Position numbers and translations under genes: made by a program. Below the pieces are notes generated by a model that saw nothing but the letters and a program-made list of their open reading frames with translations, made no database searches and was not told the DNA's origin. DNA of 64,000 bases, taken from NCBI GenBank assembly GCA_900617105.1, contig UYFQ01000294.1, positions 1 through 64,000 of the forward strand, written 5' to 3'. This document shows positions 38,037 to 51,954 of this stretch, piece by piece. The stretch comes from Hydrurus foetidus (lineage: Eukaryota). Numbering within the stretch: the first letter of the stretch is position 1; each line of letters starts with the position of its first letter.

Positions 38037-41000
38037 TCATCGATGTGAGGAGGTGTTGACTGTTCGTCTATCGCCAAATCCAACATGACTGGACCCAGCA
38101 ACTTTTGGCGATGATCTATCTCCATCCATCGACCCCTTCTCGCCCGTACCGCATATCGCCGTACTGCTCGAACTACTCCCCAACCCAGTCATTCTCTTTG
38201 CATGACCAAGCTCAATATTGCGACAGCGAGTGGCGAAGTTTAACGAGCATAACGTCTCCCCTACGTTATAATTGGCCGGGCTGATATTGACAAACATTAA
38301 TACTTTCGAATTCCCACCAAGAGAATCTTGTAATAAAAATGTTAATTTTGAGTTTCTAAATGGGACATGTTGAGTCTTTTTATTTCCTAGGGCATTTATC
38401 ACATCCCCTAGAGCGGAGAGGGATCGGTTGATGTTCTGCGCTTCTTTTAACCGATCTCCGGTTGCATCCGTTTTACTTGTACGCTCTGTAATGTACGTTA
38501 GTTTGGTAGGAGATATCGTGATTAGGATGGAGTGGGAGATAGAGGGGGTGGAGAGAATAGGAAGAAAGAAAGGGGTTATTGAAAGCACTAGATAGTTAAG
38601 ATCGAAAAGCAATGAGAGGCTGCGAAGGATCGAAATGAAAAAGAGAGGGAAACAGAGTAAAAGAGAGAGGAGAAAAAAAGAGAGAAGAGCCAGACAGAAA
38701 AGAACACTGCGTGTGTGTAAGACAAGGAAAGTAAGGCAGAGAAAGAAAAGAAAGAAGAGCAAGTAGGACATGCCAGAATAGAGTAAGAAAGAAAATTCTG
38801 GACAGTATGAATAGGAAATAAAACTAATTACTGTGAAGACATAAATGATTGAATTAAACGAGTGAGACAGAGAAGTATGCACACAAAGAAATAGAAGTGG
38901 AGATAGAGAGGAGCCAAAATGAGAGGGAGGTGAGAGAAAAGAGAAGGAAGGGGAGAGGATCTCTTCACTCACCTGATCCCGCCAGATCGATGAGGTGCAG
39001 TTTGCCTGATGTCGTTGAGCCATCAAAATCAGGAAAAGGAATCATCAAAAGGTTCAAGGAAATCAATGAAAAAAAGAAGTCGAAGTCAAAATCACGAGAA
39101 AGGGAGAGGGTGAGTGATAGAGAGAATGGAAGGGATCGTGATGCCCATGAGGGGATCTGGGATGAAGGATCAGGTGACACTGGGATGGGGATGTGAGTAA
39201 GAGGGGGAGAGGGGTGTGTGTGTATGTGAGGATCAAGTTAAGTGAGCATGAGGGAGTGGCTGAGAGAAAAAGAAAGAAAGTGACATAGAGATTGAAATTG
39301 AGAGAGAGAAACAAGTGCGGTTGATAAATACATGTTGCGTCAAGTTACGGTAGAATGCTTCTCATTCCGGCTATATCATACAGGAGAAAAGAGAACAGAA
39401 CAGTCTCGGAAGTCACCTGCTCTTTATCTTCCACCACTACCTCTTTGAGCCCCGTCACTACATTGCCGCCATCTACGCCATGTCGGATGTCCAGTTTTTC
39501 CTACACACAAATAAGTGTTGCGGAAGATTAATTAATGGGAGGTTGATGAGAGGAGATAGGCAGAGAGGAGAGGACAAGAAGAACGACTGGGAATAATTTG
39601 AGTTACAAAAAGTGCGATCTATTTTTCAGACTGATGATTACTGCCATGGCGCTACACTCGTAGTCTGTCACGTAGACAGACAGACAGATAGTCAGATATA
39701 CAGACAAATGGACATATAGACAGTATAACGCCATTCATCATTTCTCACCTTAGCAGGGCTGTTGTCCAAAAGATCTAAAATAGACTCATTGTAAATCTCC
39801 AACATAGAAAATGTAAGCGTGTACTGCCAGTCCATCTTAGTCGATTCTACTCGTAAGAACAGTTCTTGCACGGCTCGTGGTGAGACCCCCTTGTCCTCTC
39901 CCTTTCCTTCCATCGTATGCGTCTGTGAGAAATGAGATGGAAGAAAAGGAGTAAAATAAGGTGGAGTAGGGTGGGGAGAATAAGGTTGCTTTACGAGTAC
40001 ACATTACGGATGTATCTTGAAAATAAGAGGAAAGATATAGGGTTGAACAGAGCTCATTGTTGAGAAGGTATGCAACACTTCTACACAACATAAGTTAGAA
40101 TCTAAAAATATCGTGGCCATATATGATGTCGCAATATACTTCAATTACAGATATCACATGTACAAACAATAATCGCAATACATTACACCGTAGACTGACC
40201 TTTCCACTGCCTGTTTGGCCGTATGCGAATATGCACACGTTATACCCGTCCAGCACAGACACACACAGAGGCTGAATCGTCTCGAAAACCTGTAACAGTC
40301 GTAATAACAGGAATGGTATAAGATGCAATTACTTTATGAAGATTGAAAAGCGGCATCGAATATCACTTGAAAAAAGAAATAATAATCATCACAGACATAT
40401 ACACTCCGACAGCTTCAGGAATATATTTCAGTCTTCTTGACATGTAGTCAGTACATTTCAATGCGATTCACTATTTCACAAATCTTTATTCTTTGCCATC
40501 TTGAACACCTACACCTCCTTGACCCTCTGTATCTCCGAACATTCTGTGTCACTAATTCTTTTATATTTCTATTCTTTCTGCATCTCTGAGCCTTTAATTT
40601 TTTTTATTCTGTACCTAAGAATATTTTGTATTTCATTCTGTATTTCCGAACATTCTGTATTTTTTCACATAGCGTATTTTTGACCTGTAGTTGCGTGCTG
40701 CCCGGAGCGAAGACTCTGTCGTACTCGTACCTCGTCTTGGTCTGGGGATCCCTGATTATCGATATGTCGTTCTGCAGAAGAGAAGTGTAAATGATAAGAC
40801 AAGAAAAGAGAATAGGAGACGAAAGGAATGAGAAGATAATAGAAATTAGAAAAGACAAGATGTGAAGAGAGAATGGAAGACAAGAGAGAAAAGACACGAG
40901 GAGATGTAGCGACAAGGGAGAAGAAGAGAGCAAGTAGGATGAGAAGAGAAGTGATGAGTGAGTTGAGATAAAAAAGAAGCGACTCAGATTATCACATGAC

Positions 41001-44000
41001 AAACGCGTCATAACTAATTTAATCGTGTAGTAATACGGACAGGACAATATATGGTCTAAGCTGCTGTGCGAAAATATGTACGACGCATTAATAAAGAAAA
41101 GGACTGAAGGAAAACAGAATACAGAATAACGACCAATATAGTGTAGTCCATACTTCTGATGTGATGTCAGTGATGTCGATGTCGTCCCCCATTCTCTTCT
41201 CTGTCTCCGACACGGGCCTCACTCTACATATCACCCGAATGTTGCCATGAATTTCGAGAAGTTTGTTGTGCAAATTCTTGCGGAGTTTACTTTCCTGAAG
41301 GAAGTGAGAAGAGAGAAAAAGAGTGAGAAGTGTAAAAAGGAATGAGAAAGGAATAAGAGGGGAGAGACGAGAAAAATGGGATGAGAAGTGACAAAAGGAG
41401 AAAGTGTTGTGTTGGTATGTGACGCACAATGTGGAGAGATTGAGCTACACCTCACAAGGGATCAGATCATAATTACACACATACAACACATTAGAACACA
41501 CACACACACACACACGCGTATGTACCTTGGAGTAAAGAGTGAGCAATTCATCTTTCTCGGCTATAGCAGCGTTGACAAGATTCTGCATCTCTGCTTGCTG
41601 TTGCTTCAAGGCGGCCGCCCTCTCCACAGCTAGTTGGGCTTCTTGCTCCTTCAGCGCTACTTTCATCATCTCTCCATGTCTGTGAAAGTGAAATAAAATA
41701 TGTCACATATTTCCGTCAGTACAGATCAATGTAAGTCAACTTTATTGATCATGGAATTTATTGGTTGAGGAATATTGTAATGTACACACTACATCATCCA
41801 AAAAACACTCACAATGTCCTTGCAAAAATAAATTAATATCTTATATCAAAGCTTGAAAACGCAAAAGTCACTCCGTTCAAAAAGATAAATAAAAAGACTC
41901 CTTTTGAAGCAAAGTTTCTAAAATGTATCCCATACCTTATTTCGGCATTGTTCAGATCATTGATGGATTTTTCTTTGACTGCAATTGCTTCTGCTAGATT
42001 AGCTGCTGCTTTGGATTTCTCTGAATTCAAGGCAGCAAGAGAAGCGTCTTCTTTCTCTTTGGTTACTCCGATGTTCACTAGATTTTGCACCTAAGAGGAG
42101 GAAGGGAGATGGGAGGGGGAGGATAATGAGGGGAAGAGGGGAAGGATCAAAGGGAAGATAAAAAGCTCGATAAGTAGTACGGCACTCCATGATGGGATAA
42201 ATTAGATAAGATGGTGTTTGAAACTTGGTAGGGGGAGAAACCGATGTGATGAAAGTTGTTGAAAATAGAATAAATAACAACATTGACTGAAAAGGTAATT
42301 AATAAACACAATACATATTTGACAGTAGTTGAAGCAATTTATTGAGTATTACCTCGAGTGCAAGTAGTCGAGCATTCTCATCCTGGGTGGACTGGTGTTT
42401 GAGCGCCTCCTTCAATTTCTTTTTATGAAATTCTCTTTCATTGGCTAGTGACTCGGCAATGACCGCTTCACATCGGATCTTTTCCTCTCTGATAGCCTCT
42501 TCAATGGCCTTGTTGCATCTCCCTTGTTCCTTCCTGAGCTCCTCATCTCTCTCTGCATCAGTGCGTTTATTTGTTGTTTTTTCAATAGATTTCACCGCGA
42601 TTTCGAGCTTTTCTGCTTCTTTCTTTCTGATGTCGGCAATCACATCGACTTCTTTTTTCTTCATTTCACTGACAATATTCGACTCATTTCTCTTCATAAA
42701 TGCGATAGTTTCACTCTCTTTCTTGATCATATCAGCGATGATATTGTCGTGCAGTTGTTTTTGGTGTTTCAGTGCACCTTCAAGTATAGCTTCTCCTCGT
42801 TTCTTCTCATCATTTACAGCTCTATTTTTTTCCATTTCTGCCATTTTTTGATCATCAACAGCGGCAACAATTAATTTTGGTGGTGTTGCAAGAGGTACAA
42901 TAGCGCGTTGTCTTTGTTTTTGTTTTTCTATTTCTTTGCACATAATATCAGTTACCGCCGTGTTGTGATCTCCTCGTAATTTAGATATCGCCATATCCAA
43001 TAATTCTTCACCTCTCAATCGTTCTTCCAGTACAGCAATTTCCATGATTCCTTGCATTCTAATCGTTTCATCCATCACGGCATTATCTCTTTCCTCGTCT
43101 AGATGTTCGCTCTGAGACATCAAGGCATTTTCAATATTTTTTATACTGATTTGCCTCTTCACTTCGCTCTGTTGCAATTCATTTTGTAGTGCTTCAATTT
43201 TGTCATCTTTTGAGTGTAGTGAATTGTCGTATTGTTTTTGCAACGTGTCTAAGTTACGATCCCTGAGGTTGACTTGACTTTCCAAGTTCTCGATTTGTAT
43301 GTTAAACAGTTCCACTTCTGATAGATGAGTTTGATAAAGTTTCTGCAGCATATCGGAAGATCCTTCTTCACCCCCACCAGGACTCGGACTCACGCCAGCA
43401 TTTGCCGCCGCCGCAAATTGTAATTTTTGAATTTCACTGTGTAGCACATTCAACGCCAAGGCTCCTTCTTTTTCAGTCATCAGTATTTTCTTCTGCAAAT
43501 CTTGTTTTTCTCTTTCTTTGCCTTCTATTTCTCTTCTAGCATTGGCCAGTTCCTTTTCAACCACGTACAGAACTTGTGCACTCCTCTCTTTTTCGTAGTT
43601 TGCTTTTAGTACGAGAGTCTTCTCAGCGTGTGCTGCCTCTGTCAGTCTCTGTGCGTGTAAGTAAATAAATCAAGAAAGCGGGGAGAGGAGAGATTTTACA
43701 TTTGATACGCATGACGACAAATTTGTTAACACAAAGGAAGGAGTATTAGTAACAAGAAGCAAGAAGATAGTGTAGCAGAAGGAGGCGCTTGCAGTAGAGC
43801 AAAAAGCTCATCAAGAAAGTAGTCGTATACATCATTTTAAAAATTAAAAAGATTTGAGAGTTCAAAATGTACTTTCAAATAGAAATAGTATCAGTTCTTA
43901 AAATGCACATTCAAGTTTGGATGTATACAGTACACAAGTTGCGTTAGTCTACCTGTTGCAGTAGCTCAATATCGTTTCTCAGCGCGTGTATCTGTGATTC

Positions 44001-46662
44001 GTACGCCGTCTTGAAGTGCTCCATAGCAGCGCTATCGGGGCCGTGGCCCGGACTGATTCCACCGATGGAAGGGGGGATCAGGCGCTTGGACCGCATGTCC
44101 TTGATCTCCTGCACATGTTTGAGAGGGGTGAAGGGGAGGGAGGGAAGGGTGAGTGTGTGTGTGTGTGGGGGGAGGAGAGAGAGGCAAGGATGTGAGTGCG
44201 TGAGGGATAATGAGGAAGGAAGACGGAGCAGGGGATGTGATTGTATGTGCGTGACATAGGAAAGGGAGAGGGGGGAGAGGTGGCGAAACAGTGTGTGAGT
44301 GCATGTGAGGTTGGTTGGGTGGTTGTTATCATCTGTGTCTGGGAGTGCGTTGGGGCTGACACATCGAGGTAGAGACAAGAGAAGAATGATCTGTGTTGTG
44401 ATGCAAAGCAGAGAATCATCTATCGCTCTCGAGCTGTTAATGTGAGCGGGACGGTATGGTACAGTAGATAGGAGTTGAGGGCGGGACATGGTATGTGTTC
44501 AGTGATATATAATCGAATGTCTAACTGTCACAAGACGGCCAATAGGAAATATGTACCTGTCTTGCAGTTGCTAACTCGATGGTCAGAGCCGTAAGGGTTT
44601 CTCCTTGATTGGCGTTGTTTCTAGTCTTGGATTCATCGATTTCCCTCTGAAGTGCTTTCACTCTGTTTCAGTAGTTTTCGGGATCAATTATTCTTCGTTT
44701 CAGTCGAAATGCATGTATTGTGACTAAATCTGAAGAGACAAATATTCACTCCTATTTAAATTGCAATTCTTGCTCCTCAAATGAAGGGCAGTGATAGGAG
44801 GATTAATTCAAAGAAATAACAGATAATACAAAATAATGATGATGATGAGAAACGATTTCGAGACTACAAATATCAGTTAGAATTTAATGCTGAGAAGGAA
44901 ATTGATGCACAATTAACCAAAGAATATTCTGCAAAACATGCGAACAGTAATGAATGATGGACAGGATAGACTTACTTCTCCATGAATCCCTTCCCAGCAA
45001 CCTCCGCTTCATTTTTCTCAGTTTGCAATCTTGCCACATCTTTTTGTGCACTTCTCAAATCTTCATCGTTTTTCTCGTTTCTGATTCTCAACAACATCAA
45101 TTCACTATTGTCACCTAACGAGATGTTCGCACCTGAGTGTGCTGCCCCTTCAGCAGAGAATGACCCGGATTGGGATCTCCCAGGGGCTGAGAAATCGTCT
45201 AAACTCGCTTGAAGTGTGAGCAATTTTGCCATCAAAGAATGAATCCTTATATCCCTTTCTTTTAAATCGAATTGAACGTTTACTAGTTTTGCCTTTACTT
45301 CATGCAGTTCGTTAGGAGGGTTGCTTCTATTTTTTTCACCCGATCCAGATTCATTGGAGACCCTTTTAAAATTGAAAAAGAAAAAACGGGAGAGAGTGTA
45401 AGTAAGTGAAATTCAGATGCAGTTAGTAACTCTTAGGTAAATTAATTAGTATTTCATTCGGTAAATGCTAGCGAGATACATTCACAGCTATGACAGGAAT
45501 ACGCATCAACAATGAATTTGGACGGATGTTGCAATTCACCATTCCTGTGGAGATGTGGATGAATGAGATAAAAATAAACTGGAATGGTATTTGCGAAACC
45601 GTTGCCCACAGCAGCTACATTTTAGAAATCGAAATATTTCGCGTGTTTCAGAATTGTTGCACATTTATACTTGGTCACATAGTAACCGGAGGAAAATATT
45701 TCTACGTAAATTTCGCATGTACTAAGGAAGATTTATATAAGATACAACCTCGATGAGATAAGTTGGGATAAACTCTTTTCCAACATCTTTGTCTTACAAA
45801 TCATGTGGACAGGAAGTGACGGTTACCTGTCTGCAATTTCGCTGATGCTGTGTTCTAGCACTCTTACTTTCGTTCCTAAGGCCTCGTTCTCACGGGTGGC
45901 GTCCAGAATTCTGAAGTACAGGAGAACAGAGTGCGAAAGAAGAAATGGTCAGCAACAATATTTCATTTCGCTGGCAATATTATTGCGTGTCGCGGCGATG
46001 CGATATCGAATAGTTAGATGGAGTGTTCTGAGATAAAAGCACAAGGAAACGAATGGGACAGTGGCCACTTACTTAGATGCATCGCCATTTTGACGATGGA
46101 AACTTTCCGTCACCAGTTTTGAGTACTCAGCGACCAGATTCTCGATTGTGTCATTCTTTTGTTTGTTCTGTGATTCCACCTCTGAAGAAAATTTTCTGAA
46201 GTCGGTCTTGATAGCATCGTATCGCGCTTGCGACTCTTTATATTTGACATTCAAAACCTTAGCTTCGTTGCTCTCACGCAATGAGTCGCGAAGTTGAGCT
46301 CCAATTAATATCAGAGTCTCCTGAAGTGCATCTCTTTCTTCTATCAGTCGTTCCATCGTGATATCTTGATCACCCTCAGCGACTGCAAAATTGGCCTCGT
46401 CTGCCCCACTCTTTTTCCTCCAGTACTTTAGTTCTGCATCCTTCTCAGCTACTAAGACTCTCGAGGCCTGAGAGAGTTCGACGTGATGCATCTGAGCATC
46501 ATCGAGCAGCTTTTTGTAAATCTGCAGCTCCTCGGATGAGTTATCCTGCCTTGCGGCATCGCTAGAGTTGTCTGGAGTCTCCAGTGCAGTGTTTATGTTG
46601 TCGTTGATAGACGATGCGGCGTTACTTATTGATGACCAAATGCTACGGGCGTCTGAGAGCAT
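38037..46662 (-). CDS. Kinesin-14 family C-terminal motor protein with a long N-terminal coiled coil, ~15 exons
   Basis: Neck/motor start [29 protein letters not shown]-loop [91 protein letters not shown]. The coiled-coil exons from ATG 46662 appear to splice in frame where checked. Confidence 0.92.
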
Positions 46663-47440
46663 TTCCGTTCGTCAACGAACTGAGATGTCACTGCTGCGAC
46701 AGGTTATCTGGAGAATTTGACACTCATCCAGGAATGTATAATACAGACTGCTGACAAATTCAAAATAGTTCTTCTCTCATCAAGATCTATCTTCACAATG
46801 TACGAACGACCATATTAAAAAACGGATCAATTTAGGCAGCTCCCCATGATTTTGAATTGAGAGAAAGAAAGCGGGGAACTTTTTGGTTCCCTTGGTGTTC
46901 AAATAATTTCGAGCTTCGTTGACTGACGATGGACGAAGGGTGCGTTCCGTTCTTTGGGGGTGGTTTTCCGCACCCACCTTTTCATTTTTCATGCGGAATT
47001 TTGCCAGACCCCAACCCCTATTTTCTATTTTGTGCCATAAATATGGAATAGTGTTTCTGTTTCAGAACACCTAGGAAAGTTCTCATCCTTTCCTTGCATC
47101 TCAAATCTGCAACTGAAATGCTAAATTCTACGGTAAATTGTAAAGTGAAAACTCCATCATCCAACTGTACGCATCTCGCCCTGCAGTCGCTTTAATATAG
47201 TGTAACGACTACACGTCAAAATCTTCGATGACGTAAAAAATCCAAACTCCAGAGTTCGTTATCATAATGCAGGCATAAAAATTGTTGGTGGACATACAGC
47301 TTTGATCCAAGATATCGAAGAAATCTAAAACACACGGTAAGAATATACGGAAATGCCCCCAAAACCGTCAATACAGTTGTGATGTGGCGATTTCTGTATA
47401 TTCCTACGACAAGACGGATGCGAAGAAAAACATTCTCCAA

Positions 47441-50400
47441 TTACTGCGAGCTGTTCCAGCGCCAGAACAAAGATGCAGGAACATTCTTTATAATGTTCCC
47501 CTCCGTGATATTTCTACTCATATCTTGTTTCTCTATTTCCTCCTCTTTCTTATCTGCAGCATAACTGCACTTCCTAACATCATCGTTCTTGACAGTCCCG
47601 CTATTCTCCAACTCCACTTTTATTCTCCGGAATATGGCAACCTGACTAGCACCGCCACACCCCCTTTCTCTACTTCTTCTCAAACTCCCGTCAACATCAA
47701 TATATCGACCTCTTTCCATCCCACATACATCACCCACCAACACATTCTCCCTCTCCTTCTCATCCCCCTCTTCAATTGCTTTCCCCTTATCTTTATCTCC
47801 TAGATTGTGAACTTGTTCATCCCCATCTAGACCCCCTTTATCCCTCATACCAGGCAGGCTTGCACCCACTTCAGAGAACGTTACTTCATATTCTCCTGCC
47901 GACACCCTCACTCCCTCACACGCCCAATCTCTAAATTGCTGCCGAGTAAATTCAAATTTATGATCAGCTTCTCGGAAGGACTCTGCAACCTCAACTTCAA
48001 CTTCATCTACATCCATAGGAACATCTAATAGATCATCATTCTTTAAATTAGATGCAGATATAGATATATTTGCCACGCCATCTGACTCGATTTTATTGTC
48101 TTTCTGTTTTCCAACGGAATCATTAGGAGTCTTGTTAGAAATCATATTTGTTGCAGCACGTCTAATAGCGCCATTTGACTCGTAATTTGGTGTTGAAAAA
48201 AAGGCGAAATCAGGCTTATATTTGCACAATATTGTCTCTAATGCTATTGCCGCATCTTGTTGTGTGGGTAAATGTTCAATGACTTCTATGCAAGTTATTG
48301 CCTGGTATTTCTTTTGCTGCTTGGAGAGAGGAGATGGAGGTGTAGTGTGGACAGAAGGAGGCAACAAGGGGCTTCTGTTCGATGTCTCATCAGAGCCACT
48401 CACACCCACACCCATTTTTATTTCTGCATTGAAATTCTCATTTTGTTGAGTGAAAGATGTACCTCCTTCTATGTCCTCTCCTTGCCCCCTTACTTGATCA
48501 TCACTCACTTCCTCTCCCTCAGTCTCTCCCCCTCCTTCCTCATCTTTATTATTACCCTCTTTTTCACGTCTATTCAAATCAAGCAGCATAGATTCTTCAA
48601 CACCCAAATCCAATATCGATCCATGCCAAAGTGTAACACTTTCCAAATCACTTTTACAATTGCATGATGAAGGCAATTTTGATAACATATTTTTTTGTGC
48701 CGAATTTAACGGGATAGCGTTACACTCCAATCCGGCCATGTGCCGTAAGGCTGGGACTATCATGGCCGTATCCACGGTAAAATTAGCCGCATCCCCAGCA
48801 GCGCTACTTTTCAATACATTTGCATTCACAATATTTCCACAGTCGGACTGATTGACGTTATTCGACAGAAAAGACTCCATGACAACACACGTGCCGCACC
48901 CGACATCAAGCCATGAGTCAGCTTTGCTCGCCCTTAGAAAAGCAGCAAGGAATCTTCTCCTCTAGTTATACGGGAATAGGAGGAGAATACGGTAGAATAT
49001 TATGTTAGTTGGACAAACATTGGATTAGATTCATAATGGATGATCGTTGAGGTGTGAATAATTTCATAAGTAAGCGTACATCTTGACAGGGTAAGACGAT
49101 TGAAATAACGACAGAAAAGAAATCGTAGAAAGGGAGAATTTAAGATTTAGATATATTTGATGATAAGGAATGCATAGAAGAAGAAAAAAGACTTAAAAAA
49201 ATACATGCAATCAAAAAATAAATAGTTGCAATTAAAGAGAGATAAAATTAGAATGTGTTTATTACCTGTACAGCGAGAGAAGGATAAAATAAATTGGGAA
49301 GCGCTTTTTTATTTACAGGTTGATTGTCATGCTTTTTCTTCTCCAGAATTGTCACATTGAATTTATACAATATTGTCTTCTTTTCAATATGGTTCATATC
49401 CCCCTTCTGAGAGCTTGAGAATTCTTTGGGATCAGTAGATCCAGAGTCCGTATTATGAGGGAAAGAAAATAATGAAAAATGATTTTGCATTGCACTAGAA
49501 AGATTTATTTCAAATCTATCTCCAGTTTTATGTAGCGCTAATTGACTCTCAATGGCCGGCGGTAAAATACCCATTCCCGTATAAGATTTCACGGTACACC
49601 CGGTGTGTCCAGTCTTTTTCATATCAGAAATAAGACAATGATTGGATGAGTTGTAATCCGTTTTATCATCTAATAATTGTACTACCATCGCTTCAGAAGA
49701 ATGAACATCATTTATGTCCGTTATACTTCTTTGATTCGTTTCTCTTGATTCCGAACAAATCCGCTTTGCACTCATTTCTTTTTCTTCAATATTATCCGGT
49801 TTTTGATGGGAGCTAGAACCAGATTCGGAATCTTGGGATCGAAATTCTGACACGTCAAAATTTGTTGCGTTTCTGATTATTTCGCCATCCACTGCAGTCT
49901 CATTACTGAGTTTGTTAAAAAATTTATCCGGGTGATTTTGTATTGGTGTGATGTTGATTGCGACGAAATACACCTCCTTTTTAATTCTTGTCAAATTTTT
50001 GATGGAAGATTGTGCAGGATTTTCAGCGGAGCATTCATGAGAATTCCCATCAGATTCTCCGTCAGAATCTTCCCCAAGTTCATGTGCATTTAAAGAATGT
50101 TCCGGTTCTTCAAGACATGTAAATGTTCTCAGACAATAAGAAAGGGATTCGAGATATTTTTCACCGCAAGCTTGAATAGCGTTCAGAGCTTGCAGACACA
50201 TATCTTGAAATTCCTCAGCGATGTCAGGACTGCCCTTCTCAAAAATCTTGGATGAAATAAACTCTGTTCCTGATGTCGAGTATAGACCCTCCGATTCTGG
50301 TAATCGGATTGAGAGAGTAACTTTTCCAGGAATGTTCTTTTTGTCATTTCCGCTGATATCTGCTTCAACTTTTGGATTTTTATGCTCTGCAGAAACGCCA

Positions 50401-51954
50401 GCTGACCACCATCCATCAAGTGGGACTTCTTCAAATGTTTTCTCTCTAACATTCTGCTCTGTTTCTAGCTCTGATAGAGGTGTTTCTGTTTTCGAAAATC
50501 CTACGGATAATGTTCTTCGTATCATCATTTCCTGAAGAATTGTTGATGGTGTTTTGGCAGCGATTATATTCGATCCACTGAGAGACCAAGTAGGAGAACA
50601 ATATGAAGAAGGTAACGCCATGAAATTCTTTGCGACACTTTCAGGTACCCACAATCCGGATGGCAGACTGGCCATTAAAATGGCTCGCAGAGTGTCAAGG
50701 GTAGTGGGTTCGAATTTTGAAAATCCCATGCATGCAACAATGGCATCTCCGTATACCGGGTAACATCCTATCCAAGAAGCTACTTTGTTCAATTTTGAGT
50801 GATCGTAATGTCCCATTTCACCTACCAAAAAATAAGAAGTGGTCAATGAGCTGAAGTACGTTTGATGTGCAACAAATGATCAATCCGTCCACATCTATCA
50901 CGATGAAAACTCAGCGGTAAGATATCTTTTATAAATGAGCTTTGAAAGATGCGGTCATACCTCTGTTCTGATTGTATTTGATGAGTAGACGAGGTTTAAT
51001 AACTTGTGATGAAGAAATATCTTTTGAATCTTCTGTTCTTTGGAGTGCATGGGTCCTAGTTCCATCAGCAGCGGCATGTTCCGTAGGATTGTCACCATTA
51101 AATAATTGTGAAAGATTATTCTTATAATTCTCTCCAGTAGGAATAAAAAGTGGAGTTGAAATTGAGAAATTGGAGGATGTCTTCATTGCAGTGTACATAG
51201 CTGTCATCGCTTCCATCATTCTGATTCCATCGCTACCAATATGCTCCGTGCTACTTGACGCAGAAGTCAATGCGAATTGAACTTCATAAGGTGTTTCATT
51301 CTCAGCAGAGGGAATGACAACGAATGTTCCGATATCATTCTTCTGCAATTCTCTTCTCGTCTGACATTCTGTCAATGTCGGTTTCATTTCCGAATCATGA
51401 GAAGACTTCGCTAATTTGTTGCGCAAGAGGTACTTCGCACCGTCTTGCTCGAGAGTAATTACTTTCTGCAGCGGAGACTCTAATGCTTCAAGAAGGCAAG
51501 ATAATGATTTCTCAGAGTTTTTCCTATGAATTGGATTGATACGATTTAAAGCAGATTGGACCCCTCCGAACAGTAGTAAGCACTCTGCAGGCATACTTTC
51601 TTCAATGAGGAAATTGTTGCTGTTGAGCAGATTGACAGCTTTTGCAATGCTTTCAAGCAAGTCTTCCATGCTAGCATTTGTATTCACTGATGGATTAATT
51701 GCTGTGGTTCCCTCGATACTTAAGTTATTCGCTGCTGCCAGGGCAACTTCAGCAGCATCGTCCTCTGCTTTTTTCTTGCTGGAGTAAGATTCCCTCGATT
51801 GGAATGTGCTATGATGAGTGAGTCTCTCATCGTTAGAAAAGGTGCATAGCTCAATCGTGACAGTTGAAGAGAACTCCTTGCTACCAGTGGTGGTAAAAAT
51901 TGGAGCCGGCAGTCGATTTCTTTGGCAATGCTCATATAATTTCGATTTAAACAT
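47441..51954 (-). CDS. HEN1: Small RNA 2'-O-methyltransferase, multidomain plant-type architecture (exons 51954-50961, 50821-49266, 48961-47441; ~1356 aa)
   Basis: N-terminal dsRBD (FKSKLYEHCQRNRLPAPIF...SKKKAEDDAAEVAL); FYPSLAVQ|RR; SAM motif WLDVGCG; LWHGSIL; AITCIEVIEHL; FSTPNYESN; FREADHKFEFTRQQFRDWA. Both introns are GT-AG and frame-consistent. Confidence 0.93.
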
